Below, one piece after another: positions 11,109 to 20,725 of a DNA stretch of 64,000 bases (its first letter is position 1; the number at the start of each line of letters is the position of its first letter). The notes beneath the pieces are model-generated. The model had not been told where the DNA came from. It ran no database searches and saw only the letters and a list, made by a program, of their open reading frames with translations. Source of the stretch: a virus (taxonomy: Duplodnaviria; Caudoviricetes); IMG/VR virus record IMGVR_UViG_3300003375_000020, positions 1 to 64,000 of that record; one strand, given 5' to 3'. The translations under genes were made by a program, and so were the position numbers.

Positions 11109-12416
11109 ATGTATTTCATAGTAGAAACTATAGAACAATTTCAAAAAATGAGCCCAGTGGACGAATGTTTCGTTCACATAATTACGGGCAATGATAAATT
11201 CCACCCGAAATTATCGTATCCAAGTCTATTATATTATAATGATGGCAGTAAAGGATATATATTTCCATTAAAACATTCAGAAGCTTTTTCTCTTGATTTT
11301 AAATTAGTAGAAGATTTTTTATCTAAACATAAAATGATTTATCTTATAGATAAAAAATATCATTCTTATTATTTAAATTTAACTAATACAGTAGATATTA
11401 ATTTTATATATATTGATCAAACAAATAATTATGAAGCATTTGATTGTGAAACTTTATTGCAACATAATTATTATTCAAAATTTTCTAATCTATCTTATAT
11501 AAATGAGATTATTCCAATTTCAAAGCACTATGAAAAATGTCAATGTCTTTATGATATTGTAAAAATTTATTTCGGCTTAGAAGCTGATACGCACTTTCAA
11601 GATAGATTAGTATCTGCTTATAAAAAAGTTGAGCAAAATTCAATTAAAATAGATAAAGAAAAATTTTCTTTAAAATATGAAATAATTAATCCATTATTTT
11701 CAAAACATAAAGAAACAATCTATTCTTATTATAATTTATATAATTTAACTGGGCGTCCTACAAATTCTTTTAATGGAATTAATTTCTTAGCAATACCAAA
11801 AGAAAAGGAATTTAGAGAGTGTTTTATTCCAAAAAATAGTTATTTAGTAGAATTCGATTTTGATGCTTATCATTTAAGATTAATAGGAAAATTAATTGGT
11901 TATGAGTGGCATCAAGAATCCATACATACATTTTTAGGAAAGTTATATTTTAATAAAGAAGAATTAACAGATGAAGAATATTCTGAATCAAAAACTATAA
12001 CTTTTAAACAGCTATACGGTGGAGTTAATAAAAAATATAAGCATATTGAATTTTTTGCTAAAATAGATGCTTATATAGAAGATTTATGGGAAAATTACAA
12101 AAGACAGAGAGCCATATCTTTACCCACAGGAAGAATTTTAAAATACAATTCAGAAATGAATAAGCTTAAGCTATTTAACTACGTTATTCAAAACCAGGAG
12201 ACTCTGGCCAACGTATCTAAAATAGAGCGTATAAACCAATACTTAGAAGAAAAGAAGCTAAGGACGAAGCTCGTATTGATCACCTATGATTCTTTTTTAC
12301 TAGACTTTAGCGCTAATGATGGAAAAAAAACTTTACTAGCACTAAAAACTATTTTAGAAGAAGATGGCATGATCGTAAAACACAAACACGGATTGAATTA
12401 TTCATTTTTAAACTAA
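11109..12416 (+). CDS. Divergent family A DNA polymerase-like protein
   Basis: Motif A-like LVEFDFDAYHLR, motif B-like SKTITFKQLYG, motif C-like ITYDSFLLD. Confidence 0.65.
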   Translation: MYFIVETIEQFQKMSPVDECFVHIITGNDKFHPKLSYPSLLYYNDGSKGYIFPLKHSEAFSLDFKLVEDFLSKHKMIYLIDKKYHSYYLNLTNTVDINFIYIDQTNNYEAFDCETLLQHNYYSKFSNLSYINEIIPISKHYEKCQCLYDIVKIYFGLEADTHFQDRLVSAYKKVEQNSIKIDKEKFSLKYEIINPLFSKHKETIYSYYNLYNLTGRPTNSFNGINFLAIPKEKEFRECFIPKNSYLVEFDFDAYHLRLIGKLIGYEWHQESIHTFLGKLYFNKEELTDEEYSESKTITFKQLYGGVNKKYKHIEFFAKIDAYIEDLWENYKRQRAISLPTGRILKYNSEMNKLKLFNYVIQNQETLANVSKIERINQYLEEKKLRTKLVLITYDSFLLDFSANDGKKTLLALKTILEEDGMIVKHKHGLNYSFLN

Positions 12417-12434
12417 ACTTAATATTTATAAATA

Positions 12435-12881
12435 ATGGTTATGCACGGATTTAAAGACATAGAACTAACCCAAGAACTGCTGATGAACAAACTATTTTGT
12501 AGTTTTGCTACGAAAGATAACTTAGATGATAGGTTACAAGAGATAAATAAACAGTACAAAATAATGTACGGAAAAATATTCGTTTTAGAATCACCTGATT
12601 CAGATGAATACATGTGTACTTATAATATAGAATTAGAAGGATCCACTGCTAAAATTTTAAGTAATACTATTTTATTACATAGAAAAAAAGAATCTAATAC
12701 GCTGTATACAATTAATGCTTTAAATACATTAATCAAATCTTTAAATGGTGGTATTTTAGATACCAAATATGTAATCTCTTGGAAAGATTATAAAAATTCA
12801 ATTTTATTAACCCAAGGAGATGAATTAAGAAGACTAAATACTTCAATTTACAAAATAATAAATGTAGAACTCGAAAATTAG
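12435..12881 (+). CDS. Conserved hypothetical phage protein
   Basis: 148-aa ORF between the PolA-like gene and SSB. Confidence 0.55.
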   Translation: MVMHGFKDIELTQELLMNKLFCSFATKDNLDDRLQEINKQYKIMYGKIFVLESPDSDEYMCTYNIELEGSTAKILSNTILLHRKKESNTLYTINALNTLIKSLNGGILDTKYVISWKDYKNSILLTQGDELRRLNTSIYKIINVELEN

Positions 12882-12932
12882 ATTTTTTCTATATCCCAAT
12901 TAGTTTATATTTAATCAAAATAATATATAGTT

Positions 12933-13769
12933 ATGGACATTTCTGCTCTAAAGCAAAGACTTGCCACGCTTCAAAATCCAAGAGGCGGACAGTCATCAGG
13001 CCTAGCAAAAACGCTATGGTCACCTACAGTAGGTAAACACAATGTACGCATCGTTCCTTCGATGTACAGTAAATCAAACCCATTTAAAGAGTTATTATTT
13101 CATTATGGAATTGGTAACAAAAACACTATGATCTCTTTAAGCAATTTTGGAGAAAAAGATCCCATTGTTGAATTTTCTCAAGGCTTAAGAAAATCTTCTG
13201 TTAAAGAAGATTGGCAATTAGCTAAGAAATTAGAACCAAAAATGAGAATCTACGTTCCTGTAATTGTTAGAGGAGAAGAAGATAAAGGTGTACTTTTATG
13301 GGGATTTGGTAAGCAAGTTTACATGGATTTATTGGCTTTGATCGAAGATGAAGATGTAGGAGATTTTACAGATCCAGTTCAAGGTCGAGATATTATTATC
13401 GACGTGCAAGGAAAAGAAACTACTGGTTTATCTTACAATACATCTAGTGTACGTGTAAGAACAAAAATTAGCGCGTTATCTGATGATGCTGCAAAAGTTA
13501 AACAGTGGTTGACTACACAACCAGATCCAATGACGCAATTCAAAAAATACTCTTATGAAGAAATGAAGAGCGCATTGATGTCTCATTTAAATCCTGAAGA
13601 AGATCTTAAAGAAAACGTTGATTCGGTTGAAGTTAAGACTGAAACAGTCGGTGATTTACCTTGGGAAAAAGAGGAAACTCCAACTCAGGAAACTCCAACT
13701 CCTAAATTTTCACTGAGCACGAAGAAAACGGACGTCGATGCAAAAATCGATGAATTATTTTCATTTTAA
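12933..13769 (+). CDS. Single-stranded DNA-binding protein (gp32-like)
   Basis: LWGFGKQVY and DFTDPVQGRDI motifs; acidic C-terminal tail ending DELFSF. Confidence 0.8.
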   Translation: MDISALKQRLATLQNPRGGQSSGLAKTLWSPTVGKHNVRIVPSMYSKSNPFKELLFHYGIGNKNTMISLSNFGEKDPIVEFSQGLRKSSVKEDWQLAKKLEPKMRIYVPVIVRGEEDKGVLLWGFGKQVYMDLLALIEDEDVGDFTDPVQGRDIIIDVQGKETTGLSYNTSSVRVRTKISALSDDAAKVKQWLTTQPDPMTQFKKYSYEEMKSALMSHLNPEEDLKENVDSVEVKTETVGDLPWEKEETPTQETPTPKFSLSTKKTDVDAKIDELFSF

Positions 13770-13774
13770 TTACT

Positions 13775-13800
13775 AACCCTCCCTAAAAAGAGGGTTTTTT
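13775..13800 (+). terminator. Intrinsic terminator
   Basis: AACCCTC / GAGGGTT stem followed by a T-run after the SSB gene. Confidence 0.75.
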
Positions 13801-13814
13801 AAACACATTTAGTT

Positions 13815-14882
13815 ATGGCAAAAGCTTTAAACAGCAAAATATCATCTGCGATCAAGTCAGAGTTTAATTTGGATAAATTTAAAAAAGCAAAGAATTTATC
13901 TTCAACTTCTGTAAAATTTAAGGAACCTACATGGATTCCATTATCATCAGCATTTCAAGATTCATTACAAATTCCAGGAATTCCAATCGGTCATATTACT
14001 CTATTAAGAGGTCACTCAGATACTGGTAAAACTACCGCATTATTGGAAGCAGCAGTTAACGCACAAAAGATGGGCATATTACCAGTATTCATTATCACAG
14101 AGATGAAATGGAGTTGGGAACATGCTAGAGAAATGGGATTACAGTTCGAAGAAGTGGCAGACAAAGATGGAGTGGTTAGCGATTACAGTGGATTTTTTGT
14201 ATACATAGATAGGGAAAAATTAAATTGTATTGAAGATGTAGCATCTTTTGTATTGGACATTTTAGACGAACAAAAGAAGGGTAATTTACCATACGATCTT
14301 TGTTTCTTTTGGGATTCGGTTGGATCAATTCCTTGTAAGATGTCTATCGAAAAATCAACAAATAATAATGAATGGAACGCAGGAGCAATGTCCCAACAAT
14401 TTGGGAATTTCGTTAATCAAAAAATCGTAATGTCAAGAAAGGAAAGTCAACCTTATACTAACACTCTTGTTGCGATTAATAAAGTTTGGGTTGCAAAAGC
14501 AGAACATATTATGGGTCAACCAAAGATGAAGAACAAAGGTGGAGATACGATGTTCTTTGATTCTTCAATGATAATTACCTTTGGAAATGTAACAAATGCA
14601 GGAACTAATAAAATCAAAGCTAGTAAAAATGGCAAAGATGTTGAATTTGCAAAAAGAACGAAACTATCTTGTGATAAAAATCACATCACGGGTGTTACAG
14701 CCGCTGGTAAATTAATTATGACTGTGCACGGATTTATAGATGATAAACCTTCGGCATTAGAAAAATATAAGAAGCAGTATTCACATCAGTGGCTACAGGT
14801 ATTGGGTTCATCAGATTTTGACATCATTGAAGAACAAGATGCAGATGCAAAAGATATTTTCGAAACATCAGAAAATGAATAA
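13815..14882 (+). CDS. recA: RecA/UvsX recombinase
   Basis: Walker A GHSDTGKT; FFWDSVGS; GNVTN and KNH motifs. Confidence 0.85.
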   Translation: MAKALNSKISSAIKSEFNLDKFKKAKNLSSTSVKFKEPTWIPLSSAFQDSLQIPGIPIGHITLLRGHSDTGKTTALLEAAVNAQKMGILPVFIITEMKWSWEHAREMGLQFEEVADKDGVVSDYSGFFVYIDREKLNCIEDVASFVLDILDEQKKGNLPYDLCFFWDSVGSIPCKMSIEKSTNNNEWNAGAMSQQFGNFVNQKIVMSRKESQPYTNTLVAINKVWVAKAEHIMGQPKMKNKGGDTMFFDSSMIITFGNVTNAGTNKIKASKNGKDVEFAKRTKLSCDKNHITGVTAAGKLIMTVHGFIDDKPSALEKYKKQYSHQWLQVLGSSDFDIIEEQDADAKDIFETSENE

Positions 14883-14884
14883 AA

Positions 14885-15913
14885 TTGGAAGATAGATATA
14901 AACAAATGTTGGAGTCCCTTAGTGATACAAAAATAATAGAAAAGGAAACACCTTTAAAATTAAATGATAGGGTTTTAATCATAGATTCATTAAATGCTTT
15001 TATAAGATCATTTACTATCATTAATCATATAAATAAACATGGTCATCATATTGGAGGGCTTACAGGATACCTAAAATCTTTGGGTTACGCTATCAATCTA
15101 ATTAGACCTACCAGAGTGATTTTAGTGTTCGATGGGCAAGGTGGAAGTACTAATAAAAGGTATTTATTTCCTGAATATAAAGCTAATAGAGGGTATCGCA
15201 GAGTGACTAATTGGGATCTGTTTGAATCTCAAGAGCAGGAAGCAGAATCAATTACTAATCAAATTCTTAGACTAATAGACTATCTTAAGTGTTTACCAGT
15301 TGATTTATTGTCAATTGATAAGATTGAAGCGGATGATGTAATTGGATGTTTAGCGAATAAATTACATGGAGAAATTACGATTGTATCAAGCGACCGAGAC
15401 TATTTACAGCTTGTGAATGATAAGATTACTGTATATTCTCCTATCAAGAAAAAGTTTTATCAAGCAAAACAGATTTTAGAAGAGTATGGAGTTACACCTC
15501 AAAACTTTTTAAATCAAAAAATTCTTTTAGGTGATTCAGGAGATAATGTACCTGGAGTTAAAGGAGTTGGAATTAAAACGGTCACTAAATTATTTCCAGA
15601 ATTAGCTGATGAAGAAATATCTAAATTAGAAGATCTGATAATTAAATCACAAAATGGAAAAGGAAAAGCATTTAAAAGTATTGCAGAATTTGCGTATCAG
15701 TTAAGAATCAATGAAAAATTAATGGATCTAAAAAATCCAAATATTCCTGAAGATTCACTAATAGAAATAGAATATGTTTTGGAAAATCCTAATAAAATAT
15801 TTAGACCAAAAGAGTTTTCAGAATTATATGAAGAAGATGATTTAGGAAAAAGTATAAATAATCTTCAAATATGGTTGTTTGAAAAATTTTCACAACTTTC
15901 AAAATATAAATAA
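14885..15913 (+). CDS. 5'-3' exonuclease / RNase H (FEN, T4 rnh-like)
   Basis: VFDG, EYKANR, IEADD, SSDRDYLQL and GDSGDNVPGVKGVG motifs. Confidence 0.9.
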   Translation: MEDRYKQMLESLSDTKIIEKETPLKLNDRVLIIDSLNAFIRSFTIINHINKHGHHIGGLTGYLKSLGYAINLIRPTRVILVFDGQGGSTNKRYLFPEYKANRGYRRVTNWDLFESQEQEAESITNQILRLIDYLKCLPVDLLSIDKIEADDVIGCLANKLHGEITIVSSDRDYLQLVNDKITVYSPIKKKFYQAKQILEEYGVTPQNFLNQKILLGDSGDNVPGVKGVGIKTVTKLFPELADEEISKLEDLIIKSQNGKGKAFKSIAEFAYQLRINEKLMDLKNPNIPEDSLIEIEYVLENPNKIFRPKEFSELYEEDDLGKSINNLQIWLFEKFSQLSKYK

Positions 15914-15916
15914 GTT

Positions 15917-17317
15917 ATGGCAGTATTAAGTACATTACAGAGTTACGGAAACGGATTTCAAATAAAAGTTTTATCTAGTTTATTAAAGCACAAAGAATTT
16001 TTACAAAATATTAATGATGTATTATCCACAGAGATGTTCGATAATCCAGCTCATAAATGGATAGTGGCAGAAATTCTTAGGTACTATTATAAGTATCACA
16101 CAACACCTTCACCCGAGTCGTTACAAGTAGAAGTAAAGAAAATAGACAATGAAATATTAAAGGTTAGTATTGTAGAACAATTAAAAGAATCTTTAAAAGC
16201 TACTAATGATGATAGAGAATATGTTGAACAGGAATTTGCAAATTTTTGTAAGAATCAACAATTAAAAAACGCTATTTTAGAATCAGTTAAGTTACTAGAG
16301 AAAGGGGAATACGACGACATTAGACACATCATCAACACCGCATCAAAAGCAGGTCAAGACAAAACTATAGGTCACGAATATGAAAAAGATGTAGAGACTA
16401 GATATAGACAAGAACAAAGATCACCAGTTCTAACTCCATGGAATAATTTAAACGAGCTGTTAATGGGCGGTTTGGGTGTAGGAGATCTAGGATTAATATT
16501 CGGGAATCCTGGAGGAGGAAAATCTTGGATGCTAGTTAACTTAGGTGCTATTGCGGTAATGTCCGGATTTAATGTTGCTCATTATACATTAGAACTTTCT
16601 GAAGATTATGTAGGAAAAAGATACGACGCTTTATTTACAGGAATAGACGCTCAACAGATACATTTACACAGGGATAAAGTAGCAGAAGCTATATCTAAAT
16701 TAACGGGTAAATTGATTATTAAAGAATTTCCAATGGGAAAAGCATCGCCTAATACAATTGAATCTCACATTCAAAAATGTAGAGATTTAGGTTACCCTCC
16801 AGATTTAGTTATTATTGACTATGTTGATTTATTAAAAAGCAAAACAAGATCTATAGATCCTAAAGACGCCATTGATGATGTGTACACGGCTATTAAAGGT
16901 ATGGCAAGAGAATTAAAAGTTCCTGTATGGACTGTATCACAAGTAAATAGAATGGGCGCAAAAGACGATGTTATTGAAGGAGATAAAGCAGCAGGATCCT
17001 ATAATAAGATGATGATTGCAGATTTCGCAATGTCGCTATCTAGGAAGCGTCAGGATAAAGTTAATGGAACTGGGCGTATACATATTATGAAAAATAGATA
17101 CGGCGGAGATGGTATGACTTACAGCGCTAAAGTGAATACTCACTGTGGTAAGATTGAGATAGATAAAAATGAAATGGATGAAGATGACCTTGTATTTGAT
17201 AGTGGAATCAATCAAAATGGACCTCCTAGAACTCAATTGACCAATAAATCCTCATTTACACCAGAAGAAAGAAACCATTTAAATCAAAAATTTTATGAAT
17301 TATCTTCCAGTATTTAA
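15917..17317 (+). CDS. Replicative DnaB/gp41-like helicase
   Basis: Walker A GNPGGGKS; IIDYVDLL; SQVNR; MKNRYG. Confidence 0.9.
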   Translation: MAVLSTLQSYGNGFQIKVLSSLLKHKEFLQNINDVLSTEMFDNPAHKWIVAEILRYYYKYHTTPSPESLQVEVKKIDNEILKVSIVEQLKESLKATNDDREYVEQEFANFCKNQQLKNAILESVKLLEKGEYDDIRHIINTASKAGQDKTIGHEYEKDVETRYRQEQRSPVLTPWNNLNELLMGGLGVGDLGLIFGNPGGGKSWMLVNLGAIAVMSGFNVAHYTLELSEDYVGKRYDALFTGIDAQQIHLHRDKVAEAISKLTGKLIIKEFPMGKASPNTIESHIQKCRDLGYPPDLVIIDYVDLLKSKTRSIDPKDAIDDVYTAIKGMARELKVPVWTVSQVNRMGAKDDVIEGDKAAGSYNKMMIADFAMSLSRKRQDKVNGTGRIHIMKNRYGGDGMTYSAKVNTHCGKIEIDKNEMDEDDLVFDSGINQNGPPRTQLTNKSSFTPEERNHLNQKFYELSSSI

Positions 17318-17365
17318 TTGTATTTTATTAAAAGACATCATATTTATTAGAACAAAACAGACATT

Positions 17366-17584
17366 ATGAGTTTCTTTTTAATAGATTTATTTAAAAAAGC
17401 CAAAAAAGGCGACGCCTACAGAGCTCCTGAAACGCCTGATAGATATGCAGATAAGATAGCCGCAGCAAATGCTGGTGGTTTAAGTGCTAGTACAAATACT
17501 AAAGTTACTACCGCTAATTTATCTAAAATTACTGCAACATTTATTCCTGGAGATAATAATCTAGGTAAGATTCCTGGTGCTTAA
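17366..17584 (+). CDS. Hypothetical protein
   Basis: 72-aa ORF preceded by TATTTATT. Confidence 0.45.
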   Translation: MSFFLIDLFKKAKKGDAYRAPETPDRYADKIAAANAGGLSASTNTKVTTANLSKITATFIPGDNNLGKIPGA

Positions 17585-17674
17585 TTAAATTAGAAAATTT
17601 TATTGACTTTCCATTATAGAGTAGCATTATGTGCTCTAATGGCTAGTCTATTTTATAACCTTAAAACAAAAATA

Positions 17675-18649
17675 ATGTCTATATTTGATAAAAGAGTGGC
17701 ATTTAAACCATTCGAATACCCTGAACTTTACGACTTCGTCGACGCAATTAATCACAGTTATTGGATTCATACAGAGTATTCTTACGATTCAGATATACAA
17801 GACTTTAAAGTTAATTTAAATAAAGTAGAGAAAAATGCAGTTAAAAACGCAATGTTGGCCATTTCTCAAATAGAGGTTAATGTTAAAAGATTTTGGAGCA
17901 ATTTATATACGCAATTTCCTAAACCTGAATTTGATGCGTTAGGAAATACGTTTGGAGAATCTGAAGTTAGACATAGTAGGGCTTATAGTCATGTGTTAGA
18001 ATTACTAGGTTTCAATGACGCATTCGATAGTTTAATAGAAAATCCTGTAATTCAAGGAAGAATCGATTATCTTGCAAAATATTTAAAAAATGCAGGATCA
18101 AATAATAAAGAGCTTTATACACTTACACTGACACTATTTTCTCTCTTTGTAGAGAATTGTTCTTTATTTAGTCAATTTTACATTATTAAATCTTTCAATA
18201 AACAAAAAAATACTTTTAAAGGCATTGATAATGTTATTCAAGCTACAATGAAAGAAGAAAAATTACACGCTTTAGCTGGCGCTTATATTATTAATCTAAT
18301 TAAAAAAGAAAATCCGGATTGGTTCAACGAAGATTTTTATAAAACGATTGAAAGAGCATGTAAAAAAGCATACGCTGCTGAAGAAAATATTATTGATTGG
18401 ATCTTTGAACTCGGAGAATTAACTTTTTTATCTAAAGAAATTGTATTAGAATTCACTAAGAACAGATTTAATGAATCTTTAAAAATGATAGGCGCGAATC
18501 CTATATTTGAAATTAATAAAGAGTTATTAAAAGATTCTGAATGGTTTAATTTAGAAGTAGATAGTGAAACTCATACAGATTTCTTTCATAAAACTCCAAC
18601 AGCTTATCAAAAGAAAGCGCAAGCCATCACAGAAGAGGATATTTTTTAA
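17675..18649 (+). CDS. nrdB: Ribonucleotide reductase class Ia beta subunit
   Basis: KPFEYP, SEVRHSRAY and EEKLH di-iron motifs; start taken at ATG 17675 rather than TTG 17603. Confidence 0.93.
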   Translation: MSIFDKRVAFKPFEYPELYDFVDAINHSYWIHTEYSYDSDIQDFKVNLNKVEKNAVKNAMLAISQIEVNVKRFWSNLYTQFPKPEFDALGNTFGESEVRHSRAYSHVLELLGFNDAFDSLIENPVIQGRIDYLAKYLKNAGSNNKELYTLTLTLFSLFVENCSLFSQFYIIKSFNKQKNTFKGIDNVIQATMKEEKLHALAGAYIINLIKKENPDWFNEDFYKTIERACKKAYAAEENIIDWIFELGELTFLSKEIVLEFTKNRFNESLKMIGANPIFEINKELLKDSEWFNLEVDSETHTDFFHKTPTAYQKKAQAITEEDIF

Positions 18650-18671
18650 CATAATATAAACAATAAAGTAA

Positions 18672-20312
18672 ATGAAGATTAGGTGGCTAAACAAGTACTC
18701 TAAATCATTTCTGGAAAAGGATTATCTCCTTCCAGGACAAACAGTACAAGAAAGATTAAAAGTAATTGGGGATGCAGCTCAAAACATTTTGGGAATAGAC
18801 GGATATAGTGAAAAATTACAACAGTACATAGCCAATGGTTGGATTAGTTTAAGTACTCCTATGTGGACTAATTTTGGCACAGATAGAGGATTGCCAATTA
18901 GTTGTTTTGGTGTTTATGTGGATGATAGTGTTGAAAGCATTTTGTCATCAGTTGCAGAAATTGGAACTATGAGCAAATATGGTGGTGGAACTTCTGGTTA
19001 TTTTGGGGCTTTAAGAGGTAGAGGAAGTGCTATTACAAATAATGGCCATAGTAATGGATCTAAAGCATTTTTGGAATTATTTCAATCGTGTGCTCAATCA
19101 ATGAATCAAGGTTCGGTTAGACGTGGATATTTTTCTGCTTACCAAGATATTGATCACCCAGATTTCGAAGAGTGGTTAAATATTAGAGCAGAAGGAGATC
19201 CAATTCAGCATATTACTTGGGGAGTTTGTGTTTCTGATGCTTGGTTGGAAGCAATGAAAAGCGGAGATGCTAAAAAAAGAAAAATTTGGGCAAAAGTAAT
19301 TCAAAAGAAATTTGAAACTGGTTTACCATATATTTTCTTTACAGACAATGCAAATAATCACGAGTCAACTCCTGAGGTATATAGGGGTCAAAATAAGCTT
19401 AAAGCTTCTCAAATGTGCACAGAAATTATGTTACCATCAGATAATGAAAATTCTTTTGTTTGTGATTTAGGTTCTATGAACGATTTCTATTTTGAAGAAT
19501 GGAAAGATACTGACTGTGTAGAGGTTTTAACTTTCTTATTGGACGCTGCAATGACAGAATTTATTGATAAAGCTTCTAAAGTAAAATTTTTATCAAGAGC
19601 TGTTAATTTTTCAAAAAAACATAGAGCATTAGGAATTGGAAGATTAGGATATCATTCTTTATTACAGGGTAAAATGATTCCTTTTGAAAGTTTAGAAGCA
19701 AGGAATTTAAACATCGCGATTCAAAAAAATATACAAGAGAATTCATTAAAAGCCTCAGAAAAATTAGCAAAATTATTTGGTGAATGCGAAATGACAAAAG
19801 GATTGGGTAGAAGAAATACAACAACTCAAGCAATTGCACCAACGACTTCTTCAGCATTTATTATGCAAGTTTCTCAAAGCATAGAACCTTGGATGAGTAA
19901 TTATATGATCAAAGATTTATCTAAAGGAAAGTACATTATTAAAAATGTGTTTTTAGAAAAATTATTAGAATCAAAAGGTAAAAATACTGACGAAATTTGG
20001 GAAAGCATTCAAAAACAGCAGGGAAGTATTTTACATTTAGATTGTTTAACAGAAGAAGAAAAATTAGTATTTAAGACTGCTAGAGAAATTTCTCAAACAG
20101 AAATTATTATACAAGCATCTCAAAGACAAAAATACATAGATCAAGGTCAATCTTTAAATTTATTTATTACAGCTGACACAAAAGCAAAAGAAGTAAATGA
20201 ATTGATGTTATTGGCACATAAAATGGGAATAAAATCTTTGTACTATCAACATAATATTTCAAGCGCGTCGGAATTTGCTAAAAAATTTACTTATTGTGTG
20301 TCCTGTGAATAG
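18672..20312 (+). CDS. nrdA: Ribonucleotide reductase class Ia alpha subunit (no ATP cone)
   Basis: PISCF, SQMCTEI and IAPTTSS motifs; C-terminal CVSCE. Confidence 0.93.
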   Translation: MKIRWLNKYSKSFLEKDYLLPGQTVQERLKVIGDAAQNILGIDGYSEKLQQYIANGWISLSTPMWTNFGTDRGLPISCFGVYVDDSVESILSSVAEIGTMSKYGGGTSGYFGALRGRGSAITNNGHSNGSKAFLELFQSCAQSMNQGSVRRGYFSAYQDIDHPDFEEWLNIRAEGDPIQHITWGVCVSDAWLEAMKSGDAKKRKIWAKVIQKKFETGLPYIFFTDNANNHESTPEVYRGQNKLKASQMCTEIMLPSDNENSFVCDLGSMNDFYFEEWKDTDCVEVLTFLLDAAMTEFIDKASKVKFLSRAVNFSKKHRALGIGRLGYHSLLQGKMIPFESLEARNLNIAIQKNIQENSLKASEKLAKLFGECEMTKGLGRRNTTTQAIAPTTSSAFIMQVSQSIEPWMSNYMIKDLSKGKYIIKNVFLEKLLESKGKNTDEIWESIQKQQGSILHLDCLTEEEKLVFKTAREISQTEIIIQASQRQKYIDQGQSLNLFITADTKAKEVNELMLLAHKMGIKSLYYQHNISSASEFAKKFTYCVSCE

Positions 20313-20364
20313 TCACAGAAATTAAAAATAGCAATCGTATTCAAGTTTTATTTATATTACAGTT

Positions 20365-20571
20365 ATGACATTAGAAAATTTTTATTTGATAATTATTGTG
20401 GCACTTATGATGTTACAAATATACCAATTTAAATTAATTGGTGAAATTAAAAAAGATGCCAACCAAATTTGGGATCAGATGGCAATAATTAGCATGATTA
20501 TGTCTAAAGTTTTAGGTGACACTGTTAATAAGAAAAAACAAGAATCAAATGCAGAAGATACAAAAATCTAA
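20365..20571 (+). CDS. Small membrane protein
   Basis: N-terminal hydrophobic helix. Confidence 0.45.
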   Translation: MTLENFYLIIIVALMMLQIYQFKLIGEIKKDANQIWDQMAIISMIMSKVLGDTVNKKKQESNAEDTKI

Positions 20572-20722
20572 AGGTCTTGGCGATACAGTCGCTAAAGTCA
20601 CTAAATTTTTTAAGTTAGATATTTTAGCAGAAAAAATAGCGCATTTATTTGGAAAAGAAGATTGTGGCTGCACAAGAAGAAAGGACACACTAAATAAGTT
20701 GGTTCCTTATAAGAAAAAATAG
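20549..20722 (+). CDS. Small conserved hypothetical protein
   Basis: SKGLGDTV...DCGC..RK..LN pattern; ATG 20549 preferred as start. Confidence 0.5.
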   Translation: MQKIQKSKGLGDTVAKVTKFFKLDILAEKIAHLFGKEDCGCTRRKDTLNKLVPYKKK

Positions 20723-20725
20723 TTT

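Noticed and set aside
13674-13700. Short tandem duplications (GAAACTCCAACT in SSB; GATTCTATAGTT near 47090)
   Set aside because: In-frame micro-duplications within coding sequence with no larger repeat structure.
17603-17674. TTG-started N-terminal extension of nrdB (and the 30349 extension of dCMP deaminase)
   Set aside because: Family-like sequence begins at ATG 17675 and ATG 30436. The extensions overlap a leader hairpin and the MazG gene respectively.
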